A DNA stretch of 64,000 bases from NCBI GenBank assembly GCA_040756995.1, contig JBFLYK010000036.1, forward strand, positions 192-64,191, written 5' to 3'. Source of the stretch: Actinomycetota bacterium. Its GTDB lineage: Bacteria; Actinomycetota; Acidimicrobiia; IMCC26256; BP-133. Made by a program: the position numbers and the translations under genes. Positions 34,307 through 43,202 of the stretch are shown in pieces. The notes under the pieces are model-generated. The model ran no database searches. It saw only the letters and a list, made by a program, of their open reading frames with translations, and was not told the origin of the DNA. Position 1 is the stretch's first letter. Each line of letters opens with the position of its first letter.

Positions 34307-35898
34307 CGGGCACCGGCTTTCTGGGCTTCCCCGTAGATCCGGGCGGGGTTTTCGATGGCGACGTCGTGCCGGCGGATGTCGTCGATCGTCCATAGGCGGT
34401 CCGGCTTGATGTGGGGCTGGCCCAGGAGTGTCTTGCCGTCAGCCCGGAGGAGCCCTTGCTTCACGATGAACTCCTCCAGGCTCCACCCGTCGTGGGCGAC
34501 GTAGAACGGGTCGTTGGGGAACTTCTCGGGGAAGAGTTCGAACGCCATCTGGCAGAAGAAGGAGCAGAAGGCGTGCCACGTGCCATCGACTTCGAGGAAG
34601 GACGCCTCTCCGCTAAAGGGGTCGGGCAGGTAGCACGGCGACTTGCAGACCTGGCAGATGGGGGGGAGCTTGCCGCTCGGCAGGAGCTCGAACGGCGCGA
34701 CCCCGCTGGCCGGATCCACGGCTTCCCGGTACTTCTCCCAGAACTGGCCGTACGTCGAGTACCACCCGGGATACTTGCTCTCCAGCCATTCGAAGTCCCG
34801 CTCGGTGAGCGGGTCGAAGCGGTTGATGGCCATGGGCCACGTGCCGAAGTGGAAGACGGCGCTGGCATGGCCAGCGAGCCGGCTGTGGTCGCGGGAGAAC
34901 TCCGCCGTACCCGGCGGCTCGAGGCCGAACGGCTGCAGCCGGCCCATGTAGGCGCCCACGAAGTTCTCCCACACCCACTCGTCCCAGATCTCGGCGTAGG
35001 AGCGGGCCCGGTTCGTCGGCATGTAGTCGTAGAGCACGCCGAAGTACCCGTTCAGAAGCACGCTGAACTGGAGGAACGACCCATCGATCTCCGGCTGGAG
35101 GAGCGGCAGATTGTCCGGTTCGCTCAGTACGGCGGCGAGACCGGCGTAGCCGTTGGCCATGTGCCGGGCCTCGTCCGACTGGATACTGAGGAAGACCGTC
35201 GGCGTGACGTGGTCGCCGTTGGCCGCCGCCAGCTCCGTCACCGCGATGAAGATCGGATTGGTGTAGGCCGTCTCCGCCATAGCCTGGAACGAGATGGCAA
35301 CGGTCATCGGATCCTCGTTCCACAGCCCGTCGCTGAAGGAGTGCATCGGGCCGAAGATGGGAAGGTCACGGTCTCGCAGCTCGAAGCCACGGGCGAAGGC
35401 TTCCGGGTCCTCCCAGTGCTTGGCCCAGAACCGCTGCAGGTACGTCTGCTGGTTGAAGTGACGGACCTCGTCCATGACCTGCGCCATATACCCCGAGCGC
35501 AGCTCCGGGTTGTCGAGCGAGTCCATGCACACTCGGGCTCCCTGGAGGGCGCCCAACTCCAGTTGCGTGAGGAACGGCAGAATGAACTTGAGCGTCTCGA
35601 TCCAGCCCCGGTCGGCCTTGTCGGGTTGTCCGACGCGGTTGAGGACGTCGGTGATCGACCCGTACATGCGGTCGTCCTTCTCCTCCTCCATAGCGGAGTA
35701 CTGCCGGATCAGGTGCCTGAAAGGGTCCTTGGTGTGCTTCGGCAGCTTGTACTTCGTCGGTCGCGGGTAGGCCACCTCGTGATACGTAGGCGTCCAGTCG
35801 AGTCCCTTGACCCGATCGTGGACGCTGTTGAGTCGTGCGGCCGCAGGCCTCATCCGATCCCCCGGTCGATCGTGGAGGCTGGGAGCGGGCTTCAACAA
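34303..35898 (-). CDS. Soluble di-iron monooxygenase hydroxylase alpha subunit
   Basis: Di-iron ligand motifs MDEVRH and SDEARH at the spacing expected for SDIMO alpha subunits. About 530 aa. The start could be 35898 or the downstream in-frame Met (MRPAAARL). Confidence 0.88.
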   Translation of the reverse strand: MLKPAPSLHDRPGDRMRPAAARLNSVHDRVKGLDWTPTYHEVAYPRPTKYKLPKHTKDPFRHLIRQYSAMEEEKDDRMYGSITDVLNRVGQPDKADRGWIETLKFILPFLTQLELGALQGARVCMDSLDNPELRSGYMAQVMDEVRHFNQQTYLQRFWAKHWEDPEAFARGFELRDRDLPIFGPMHSFSDGLWNEDPMTVAISFQAMAETAYTNPIFIAVTELAAANGDHVTPTVFLSIQSDEARHMANGYAGLAAVLSEPDNLPLLQPEIDGSFLQFSVLLNGYFGVLYDYMPTNRARSYAEIWDEWVWENFVGAYMGRLQPFGLEPPGTAEFSRDHSRLAGHASAVFHFGTWPMAINRFDPLTERDFEWLESKYPGWYSTYGQFWEKYREAVDPASGVAPFELLPSGKLPPICQVCKSPCYLPDPFSGEASFLEVDGTWHAFCSFFCQMAFELFPEKFPNDPFYVAHDGWSLEEFIVKQGLLRADGKTLLGQPHIKPDRLWTIDDIRRHDVAIENPARIYGEAQKAGAR

Positions 35899-35924
35899 GC
35901 ACTGCGCATGGCCCAGCCCAACGT

Positions 35925-35942
35925 CTACTTAACTACTAGAAA
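35925..35942. promoter_or_regulatory. Weak variant of the TTACT-N8-AGTAA site (CTACT-N8-AGAAA)
   Basis: CTACTTAACTACTAGAAA lies between the SDIMO alpha start (35898) and the divergent TetR start (35987). It matches 8 of 10 half-site positions. Confidence 0.3.
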
Positions 35943-35986
35943 GTTAGCAGAGTGGTGGTGGCCAAGCCAAGCGGCATGCGCGGCAT

Positions 35987-36676
35987 ATGCTCGCCGTCGC
36001 CGTGAGCGTCATCGACCAGAACCGCAGCCCGAAGCAATTGGCGCGCCGCGCCTTGATCATCGACGCCGCGGTCGAAACCCTGAAACGAGAGGGCATCGCC
36101 GGCTGCACGGTCCGCGCGATCGCAGCCGCCACGCCGTTTACGAAAGGGACGATCCACTACTACTTCAGCGACGTCCGCGAGATCGTGAACACCGCCTACT
36201 TGCGCCTGACCGACGACTACGTCGCGCAGGTCGAGGCCATGGCTGCCGTGGCGGCCCGGCGCCCAGTGCCGGCGTTCTGGTGGGCTGTCGGCTCCTATGT
36301 GGAGGGTTTCCGGCACCACCGCCGGATGGGGCTGTTGTGGTTCGAGTACAGCTCTTGGGCGGTTCGTAACGGTTATGGGCACGGCGTGGCATCGTCGGTG
36401 CAGGCGGTGCGGTCGATGTTCGCCCGGCGGCTCGACGGGATCGCGGTCGACGCCGAGTGGTTGGCGGCCGCGCTGACCCGGTATCTCCTCGGGACCGTGC
36501 TGGAACTGTCCGTCTCCACGGTCGACAACCGAGCCGTGATGGCCCAGGTCGCCCGCATCTGCGGGCTTCGGCCGCCCCGACCGGAGCCGACCGTGGCGAC
36601 GCACGCCACGATATGCCCCGTCTGTCGCCCTGGTCACGCGTCCAGAGAAGTCTGGACAAGTGACCAGAAGTCATGA
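35987..36676 (+). CDS. TetR family transcriptional regulator
   Basis: HTH ALIIDAAVETLKREGIAGCTVRAIAAATPFTKGTIHYYFSD. Divergent from the SDIMO genes. Confidence 0.85.
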   Translation: MLAVAVSVIDQNRSPKQLARRALIIDAAVETLKREGIAGCTVRAIAAATPFTKGTIHYYFSDVREIVNTAYLRLTDDYVAQVEAMAAVAARRPVPAFWWAVGSYVEGFRHHRRMGLLWFEYSSWAVRNGYGHGVASSVQAVRSMFARRLDGIAVDAEWLAAALTRYLLGTVLELSVSTVDNRAVMAQVARICGLRPPRPEPTVATHATICPVCRPGHASREVWTSDQKS

Positions 36677-36688
36677 CATCGTGGTGTT

Positions 36689-37459
36689 GTGATCGCCATC
36701 GAACGGGGCGGGGTGTCCGTGGTCACCATCGACCGCCCCGACGTCCTCAATGCCCTCGACATCCCCACACTGCTCGAGCTGGAAAAGGCCTTCGAGGCCC
36801 TCGAGGAGGATTCGTCGGTCCGAGCCGTGATCGTCACCGGCGCAGGCGAACGGGCCTTCGTCGCCGGCGGCGACATCGCCGACCTCAACGCCCGCCGGGG
36901 TCTGGCGCACTACCGGGAGTTCGCCGAGGTGATCCATCGGGTGCTCCGGCGGATCGAACGGTTCCCCAAGCCAACCGTCGCGGCCGTCCGGGGATATGCC
37001 CTCGGCGGAGGGGTCGAGCTGCTCCTGACCCTAGACGTGCGGGTCCTCGCTGAGGACGCCAAGCTCGGTCTGCCGGAGATCACCCTCGGTCTCTTCCCCG
37101 GCGCCGGGGGGACGCAGCGCCTGATCCGGCAGATGCCGCTGTGCCGGGCGAAGGAACTCATGTTCACCGGCGATCCGATCTCGGCCTCCGAGGCCGTCGC
37201 CCTCGGGCTCGCCAACCGGGTGGTGCCCTCGGCGGACCTCCTCGATGAGGCGCGGCGTCTCGCCGAGCGAATCGTCCGGCACTCGCCGCTCGTGCTATCC
37301 CTTTTGAAGAGGACGCTGAACGAGGGTGCCGAGATGGCGCCGTCGGCGGCGCTGGCCTACGAGCAGGCGATGATCGGATTGGTCTTCGACACCGACGACG
37401 CCCACGAAGGGTGCAGCGCCTTCCTGGAACGTCGGTCGCCCAGCTTCAAGGGAGCTTGA
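36689..37459 (+). CDS. Enoyl-CoA hydratase/isomerase (crotonase family)
   Basis: VVTIDRPDVLNALD, VIVTGAGERAFVAGGDI and GYALGGGVELLL motifs. Confidence 0.9.
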   Translation: MIAIERGGVSVVTIDRPDVLNALDIPTLLELEKAFEALEEDSSVRAVIVTGAGERAFVAGGDIADLNARRGLAHYREFAEVIHRVLRRIERFPKPTVAAVRGYALGGGVELLLTLDVRVLAEDAKLGLPEITLGLFPGAGGTQRLIRQMPLCRAKELMFTGDPISASEAVALGLANRVVPSADLLDEARRLAERIVRHSPLVLSLLKRTLNEGAEMAPSAALAYEQAMIGLVFDTDDAHEGCSAFLERRSPSFKGA

Positions 37460-37460
37460 C

Positions 37461-38642
37461 ATGACGACGGCCCAGGCCGCTCGAAGCGACGAGCGGGAGA
37501 TGATCGTCGATCTCGCCCGGAAGGTGGGCCAGCAGTTCGGGCTCGACTACTGGCGCCGGCAGGACCAACTCGAGGAGTTTCCCCGGGAAGCCTGGACGGA
37601 GATCTGCCGGGCCGGGCTGTGCGGGGTGGCGCTTCCGGAGGAGTACGGCGGTGCCGGGCTTGGCCTCGTCGAGATGGCCCTGATCGTGGAGGAGCTGGCC
37701 GCGGCGGGCGCCGGGGCGACCGTTGGGCAGCTGTTCATGATCAACCCCATCTTCGGGGGTGTGGCGGTCTCGCGCTACGGCCCGGAAGCAATGCGCCGGG
37801 CGGTGCTGCCGCGGCTCATCGCCGGTTCACTGACCTGCTGCATGGCCCTGACCGAACCCGACGCCGGTAGCAACACGCTCGAGATGCGCACCACCGCCCG
37901 GCCCGATGGCGATGGCTGGCGGCTCCGAGGCAACAAGATCTGGATCACTGCCGTTCCGGACGCCGACAAGATGCTTGTGGTCGCCCGCACGCAGCCGCTC
38001 GAGCAGGTCCAGCACCGCTCGCAGGGGATCTCGATGTTCCTGATCGACGTTGACCGCGACGGGCTCTCGCACGACGCCATCGACAAGGTCGGGACGCACA
38101 CGCTGGCGGCCAGCAACGTGTACCTCGACGATGTCCCGGTCCATCGTGACGAGCTGGTCGGCAGCCTTCATGGCGGATGGGCCGAACTGCTCGACGTTCT
38201 CAACACGGAGCGGATCGTGACCACCGCGGCGCTTGTCGGTGCCGGGCGCCTCGCCGAACGGCTGGCTGTCGACTACGCCAAGGAACGGCGGGTATTCGGC
38301 TCGACGCCGATCGCCGCCTACCAAGGTATCCAGTTCCCGCTGGCCCAGGCCCACGCCGAACTGGCCTGCGCCCGGCAGATGAACCTCCACGCCGCAGCGC
38401 TGTACGATGCCGGCCAACCCTACGGGACAGAGGCCAATCTGGCCAAGCTCGTGGCGGCGCAGGCGACCACCGCGGCGATCGACCGGGCCATGCAGACCAT
38501 GGGGGGTATGGGCTTCGCCCGGGACTCCCACATCGAGCGGCTGTGGCGGGACGCCAGGCTCTTCAAGTTCGCCCCGGTATCCGAGGAGATGATCCTCAAC
38601 TACATCGCGGTGCACTGCCTCGGGATGCCCCGCAGCTACTAG
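37461..38642 (+). CDS. Acyl-CoA dehydrogenase
   Basis: 393 aa with ACAD N/M/C layout (ALTEPDAGSN, FGSTPIAAYQGIQFPLA, QTMGGMGFARD). Confidence 0.9.
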   Translation: MTTAQAARSDEREMIVDLARKVGQQFGLDYWRRQDQLEEFPREAWTEICRAGLCGVALPEEYGGAGLGLVEMALIVEELAAAGAGATVGQLFMINPIFGGVAVSRYGPEAMRRAVLPRLIAGSLTCCMALTEPDAGSNTLEMRTTARPDGDGWRLRGNKIWITAVPDADKMLVVARTQPLEQVQHRSQGISMFLIDVDRDGLSHDAIDKVGTHTLAASNVYLDDVPVHRDELVGSLHGGWAELLDVLNTERIVTTAALVGAGRLAERLAVDYAKERRVFGSTPIAAYQGIQFPLAQAHAELACARQMNLHAAALYDAGQPYGTEANLAKLVAAQATTAAIDRAMQTMGGMGFARDSHIERLWRDARLFKFAPVSEEMILNYIAVHCLGMPRSY

Positions 38643-38650
38643 GAGACGCC

Positions 38651-40621
38651 GTGGCCACCCAACGCGACCTGGCGGACCAGCTTGAACGGTACCGCCGGAT
38701 GCTGCGCATCCGGCGGTTCGAGGAACGGGTGGCGGAGCTGTACCGCGACGGGCTCGTCCCCGGCTTCGTGCACCTCTCCGTCGGGCAGGAAGCGACCGCC
38801 GTCGGCGCCACGTGGCCGCTCGGTCCGGACGATCTCATCACCTCGACACACCGGGGCCACGGCCACGTACTGGCCAAGGGCCTCGATGTGGAGCGCGCCT
38901 TCGCCGAGCTCATGGCCAAGGACAGCGGGACATGCCGGGGCCGAGGAGGATCCATGCACCTGGCCGACCCCCGGATCGGGATCCTTGGTGCCAACGGCAT
39001 CGTGGCCGGTGGGCTCCCCATCGCCGCCGGCGCCGGCCTGGCCAGCCGCCTCCGGGGCGACGGGCGTGTCGTGGTGGCCTTCTTCGGCGACGGCGCCGTC
39101 GCCCAGGGGGCCTTCCACGAAGCAGCCAATCTCGCCGCCGTCTGGCAGCTCCCCGTGGTGTTCTGCTGCGAGAACAACCACTACGCCGAATTCAGCCTCG
39201 CCGACACGCAGCACCCGGCCCGGTTCGCCGAACGAGCCGCCGCCTACGGGATGCCCTATTACCACGCTGACGGCAACGACGTCGAGGACGTGACCGCCGT
39301 TGTGTCGGGACTGGTTGACAAGCTGCGGGCCGGGGGCGGACCAGCCTTCGTCGAGAGCGAGACTCACCGGGTCCGTGGCCATTACGAGGGCGACCCGCAG
39401 AAGTACCGCCGGGTCTCCCTCGATGCCGACTGGGCGCAGCGGGACCCACTGACCGTGGCCCGCGGCCAGCTCCTCGACGAAGGCGTCGGCGAAGAGGCCG
39501 TCGCGGCGGTCGAGTGCGAGGTTGACGAGGAGATCGCCGGCGCCGAACGCCGGGCGATGGCCGGGAACCCACCCGACGACGCCGGCTTGTTCGATTTCGC
39601 GCTCGCTCCGCGGCCTCGCTTTCCGGAGCCGGCGTTGCCCGCCAGCGGCGAGGAGACCCGGTTTTCCCGGGCGATCCGCGCCGCCCTGGAACACGAGCTC
39701 GAGGCCGACCCCACCGTCGTCGTCTTCGGCGTCGATGTGGGAGCGGGCGGCAACGTCTTCGGCCTCACCCGGGGGCTGCACGAACGCTGGCCCAACCGGG
39801 TTCTCGACACCCCGATCTCCGAGGCCGCCGTGATCGGCGCCGGTGTTGGCGCGGCGATGGCCGGTCTCCGACCGGTCGTCGAGCTCATGTACCTCGACTT
39901 CATCGGGGTGTGTCTCGACCAGCTCCTCAACCAGGCGGCCAAACTTCGCTTCATGACCGGCGGCGGGGCGGATATCCCGATGGTCGTGCGCACCCAGTTC
40001 GGCGCCGGGAGGTCCTCGGGAAGCCAGCATTCGCAGAGCCTGGAGGCGATCCTGGCGCACATCCCCGGGCTCACGGTGGTGATGCCGTCCACGGTCGCCG
40101 ACACCTACGGTCTGCTCCGGGCGGCCATCCGCGACCCCAATCCGGTCGTCTTCATCGAGCACCGTTTGCTCTACGAGAAGAAGGGCCTGATGCCCCCAGC
40201 CGATCACCTCGTACCGATCGGCTCCGCCCGGGTCGTCCGCCCAGGCCGCGACATCACCGTGGTGTCATGGTCCCGGATGGTCCACGAGTGCCTTGCCGCC
40301 GCCGATATCGTGGCCAAGGAGGGGATCGATACCGAACTCATCGATCTCAGGACGATCTCTCCGCTGGATCGGGCGACGGTTCTCGAGTCGGTCGGCAAGA
40401 CGAACCGCCTGCTGATCGCGCACGAGGCCGTCACCGACTTCGGAGTCGGCGCAGAACTCGCGGCCCTGGCCGCGGACGAAGCCTTCTGGCTGCTCGACGC
40501 GCCCGTGCGCCGCGTTGGCGCGCCGTTCATCCCCGCCCCCTACGCCCCAAACCTCGAACGCCTCTGGCTGCCCAATGCCGAGCGTATCGCTGAGGAGATC
40601 CGCCGCCTCGCCAGGACCTGA
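38651..40621 (+). CDS. Fused 2-oxoacid/acetoin dehydrogenase E1 alpha-beta (ThDP-dependent)
   Basis: Alpha part has the ThDP motif FFGDGAVAQGAFHEAANLA...CENNHYA. Beta part has DPTVVVFGVDVGAGGNVFGLTRGL...DTPISEAAVIGAGVGAAMAG. GTG 38651 has AGGAG upstream. The ORF-track start at 38177 lies inside the ACAD gene. Confidence 0.85.
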   Translation: MATQRDLADQLERYRRMLRIRRFEERVAELYRDGLVPGFVHLSVGQEATAVGATWPLGPDDLITSTHRGHGHVLAKGLDVERAFAELMAKDSGTCRGRGGSMHLADPRIGILGANGIVAGGLPIAAGAGLASRLRGDGRVVVAFFGDGAVAQGAFHEAANLAAVWQLPVVFCCENNHYAEFSLADTQHPARFAERAAAYGMPYYHADGNDVEDVTAVVSGLVDKLRAGGGPAFVESETHRVRGHYEGDPQKYRRVSLDADWAQRDPLTVARGQLLDEGVGEEAVAAVECEVDEEIAGAERRAMAGNPPDDAGLFDFALAPRPRFPEPALPASGEETRFSRAIRAALEHELEADPTVVVFGVDVGAGGNVFGLTRGLHERWPNRVLDTPISEAAVIGAGVGAAMAGLRPVVELMYLDFIGVCLDQLLNQAAKLRFMTGGGADIPMVVRTQFGAGRSSGSQHSQSLEAILAHIPGLTVVMPSTVADTYGLLRAAIRDPNPVVFIEHRLLYEKKGLMPPADHLVPIGSARVVRPGRDITVVSWSRMVHECLAAADIVAKEGIDTELIDLRTISPLDRATVLESVGKTNRLLIAHEAVTDFGVGAELAALAADEAFWLLDAPVRRVGAPFIPAPYAPNLERLWLPNAERIAEEIRRLART

Positions 40622-40658
40622 GTGAGGGCTCCAATTTCCGCCGACACCATCCAACGCC

Positions 40659-41009
40659 ATGACAGCAACTCCTCGCCTGAAAACCACCTACCTCGTCGAT
40701 AGGCGGACTGACTGGTGCCACCACGCCTTCAACGAGCACTGGACGACCGCGCCAGCAGCGCTCGCCCCACAACTGCCCCGGCTTCTGTCCTGTTCAATCA
40801 ATCTGTCGTCATCCGAACAGAAAGGTCGTCCGCCGGGCGACGGTTCTGCGAAGCCCGAACTCGCCTCTTGGGAAGTGCCCAAAGCGGCCTGGGCGAGCCC
40901 AGCCGGCCAGGGCACAGCCGAAGATGGCGCTCGCTTCATCGCCCGGGCGGGGCAGGTCGTTGACGAACGCAGCGTCGTCGCCGGGCCGACTCCGCTCGAA
41001 CACCGATGA
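40659..41009 (+). CDS. EthD-like domain protein (tentative)
   Basis: KTTYLVDRRTDWCHHAFNEHW resembles the EthD N-terminal pattern. The middle region is compositionally odd. Confidence 0.5.
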   Translation: MTATPRLKTTYLVDRRTDWCHHAFNEHWTTAPAALAPQLPRLLSCSINLSSSEQKGRPPGDGSAKPELASWEVPKAAWASPAGQGTAEDGARFIARAGQVVDERSVVAGPTPLEHR

Positions 41010-41752
41010 GACTCGACGGCCAAGTCGTAGCGCTCACCGGGGCTGGAGGACTGCTGGGCCGTGCCCTCGCCACCCGCTTGGCTGCTGAAGGAGCGGCCGC
41101 GCTGCTTCTTGCCGACCGCGACTCAGCCGCGCTGCGCTCGACGCTCGACGGGTTCGACCACGGCGCGACGGCGGTCAGGAGCCTGGCGGTCGATGTCACC
41201 GTCGCCGGTGACGTTGATCGTCTCGTCGACCGGGCACTGACCGACCATGGTCGGCTTGACGTGATGATCAACAATGCCGGCGTCATCTCACGGAACGCTC
41301 GTATCCACAACCTCACTGCGCAGGATTGGCGGGCGGTCTTTGACGTCAACTTGTTCGGGGTGCTGCATGGACTCCATAGTGCCCTACGTGTCATGCGTCC
41401 CCGCCGACAAGGATCGATCATCAACACTGCCTCGGTCGCTGGCCTGACCGCTTGGCCCTACGCGGCCCCCTACGGCGTGAGCAAAGCAGCGGTGATCCAA
41501 CTCACCAAGGTCGCCGCGGTCGAATACGCCCGGGACAATATCCGGGTGAATTGTGTGTGCCCGGGGGTGTTCCCATCGAGCATGCACAAGGACTTGCCCG
41601 CCAGTGCCATGGACGCCTTGGCGGCGCGTCACCCTCTCGGCCTTGGGTCGGCAGAGGACGTCGTAAGCGCCTTCATCTACCTAGCCTCCAGTGACTCCCG
41701 GTGGACCACCGGGTCCGCGCTCATTGTGGACGGCGGCTATTCGGCCCCATGA
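41006..41752 (+). CDS. SDR family oxidoreductase
   Basis: TGAGGLLGRAL, NNAG and S...YGVSKAA. ATGA overlap with the upstream ORF. The decayed copy at 6000-6386 is a paralogue. Confidence 0.9.
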   Translation: MRLDGQVVALTGAGGLLGRALATRLAAEGAAALLLADRDSAALRSTLDGFDHGATAVRSLAVDVTVAGDVDRLVDRALTDHGRLDVMINNAGVISRNARIHNLTAQDWRAVFDVNLFGVLHGLHSALRVMRPRRQGSIINTASVAGLTAWPYAAPYGVSKAAVIQLTKVAAVEYARDNIRVNCVCPGVFPSSMHKDLPASAMDALAARHPLGLGSAEDVVSAFIYLASSDSRWTTGSALIVDGGYSAP

Positions 41753-41989
41753 TCGGGTTCTCCGCGGGTCCAGCGACCTCGGCCCGTCACACTCCCCGCG
41801 GCGGCGTCGGGATCGAAGCGGTCGGTGCGCCCCAGTTGCATAGCGGCTTCGTCGTAGGTCTGACGGCGACATTAGATCTCTCGTCTAAATTCTGCATTTA
41901 TCCCGCAGGGGCGCAGCGGGTGTGTTCCGGGGTGGTGCCATCGGCGGCGGTGCGCCACTCGCTCCGGCGCTCGTCGACCTGCGCCCAGG

Positions 41990-42398
41990 GCCCGAGGCTG
42001 TGAGGCTGCCGGTGGCGTTTCCGGTGGCGGACGGAACCGTTATCTCGTCGTGGGCCAGAGCGGGTGGCGCCGCGTCGACCCGGTGCTCCGGGGCGATACG
42101 AAGCGTCATCGGGCGGTGTCCGGCACGGGCCGGCCCCTACTGGGCTGACAACGACCAGGTCGTCATCACCCACGGTCATCCCGACGACTGTGCTACCGGC
42201 CGGCCTGGGTGCGGTCGCGATCCGGCACGACGTGTGCGGCCGGGACGACGGATCAAGATCCGGCGGTTCGGGCCCGACTTCCTCGTCTGGATGGCCGAGG
42301 AGCTGGGGCGTCCTGGCGGGGTTCCGTCGCTGCTGGCGCCGGTGGTTCGTCTCGAGGGTCGTGCGCACTTCATCCTCGTCGGCCATACCGTGAGCTGA
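41990..42398 (+). pseudogene. Metallo-beta-lactamase-fold hydrolase remnant (frameshifted and truncated)
   Basis: VVITHGHPDD (HxHxDH-like) and a later ...VVRLEGRAHFILVGHT (cf. PGHT) are separated by segments that only read through in other frames. Confidence 0.35.
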
Positions 42399-42399
42399 G

Positions 42400-42552
42400 C
42401 TATCGGGGGGTCGGCGGGGGGTTGTGCTCGCGGCGGTGGCCGGTTCGGGTGAGGAGCGCCTGGCAGCGGGTGCAGGTGGCGAGGTCGCAGGTTGGGCTGA
42501 GGCAGTGGATCCCGACTTCGGCGCCGCAGCGGTGGCATTCGAGGTGGATCAT
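42400..42552 (-). CDS. Small Cys-rich (zinc-ribbon-like) hypothetical protein, 50 aa
   Basis: MIHLECHRCGAEVGIHCLSPTCDLATCTRCQ... The ATG overlaps the TetR stop (ATGA). GC3-rich. Confidence 0.35.
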   Translation of the reverse strand: MIHLECHRCGAEVGIHCLSPTCDLATCTRCQALLTRTGHRREHNPPPTPR

Positions 42553-43202
42553 GGGGTGATCGGCCGGGATGTGCTTCGGGGACGAGGCGGAACGGCGGTG
42601 GAGGGGTGACGCGGGGACGTACTGGTGGGTTGGATTCCCCGCAGGAGGATGTCGGTGACCCGGTTCCCCAAGTGGTCCACGGCGACGGCACCGACGGCGA
42701 GGAGGTCGGCGAGGGCGCTGGCCACCACGGCGCCGAAAATCGTGCGAGCGGCGATCGCCGGGTCTGGGAGGCGTCGGAGGGATCCGTCCTTGGCTCCGGC
42801 CCGTAGGAGGTCGAGAACGGGTTGGTGGAAGACGTTTCCGATGGCGTGGGCGATGTCGGGCATGCGTCCGGCCCGTCCCAGTTCGGCGAGCAGCGCCTGG
42901 CAGACGTGAGGGTGGGCGGCCATCACCTCGAGCTGGGCGTGGATGACGGCCGCGAGCCGATCCCGGGCCAGGCCGGGCCTGGTGGCGGCGCTGGCCACGG
43001 CGTCGCCCATGGTGGTGAGGAAGTCGTGCAACAGGAAGGCGAGGATGTCCTCTTTGCCGGCGAAGTAGTAGTAGAGCGTGGCGCGGGGAATGCCGGTGGC
43101 GGCGGCCAGATCTTCGAGTCGGGTCTGGTCCAGTCCTCGTTCGGCGATCGGGACCGCGGCCAGGCGCAGCTGCTCGGCCATTGAGGTCGGCACTCGTTTC
43201 AT
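42549..43202 (-). CDS. TetR family transcriptional regulator
   Basis: HTH LRLAAVPIAERGLDQTRLEDLAAATGIPRATLYYYFAGKE. ATG 43202 overlaps the hydrolase stop (ATGA). Confidence 0.85.
   Translation of the reverse strand: MKRVPTSMAEQLRLAAVPIAERGLDQTRLEDLAAATGIPRATLYYYFAGKEDILAFLLHDFLTTMGDAVASAATRPGLARDRLAAVIHAQLEVMAAHPHVCQALLAELGRAGRMPDIAHAIGNVFHQPVLDLLRAGAKDGSLRRLPDPAIAARTIFGAVVASALADLLAVGAVAVDHLGNRVTDILLRGIQPTSTSPRHPSTAVPPRPRSTSRPITP

Noticed and set aside
38177-38650. Upstream extension of the E1 alpha-beta ORF (814 aa).
   Set aside because: It overlaps the ACAD gene out of frame. GTG 38651 with AGGAG upstream gives a normal E1-alpha N-terminus.
41752-41990. AT-richer stretch (GACATTAGATCTCTCGTCTAAATTCTGCATTTATCC) as an IS end or att site.
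   Set aside because: I found no matching inverted or direct repeat elsewhere in the window and no adjacent recombinase. It may simply be a degraded intergenic region next to the MBL-fold remnant.
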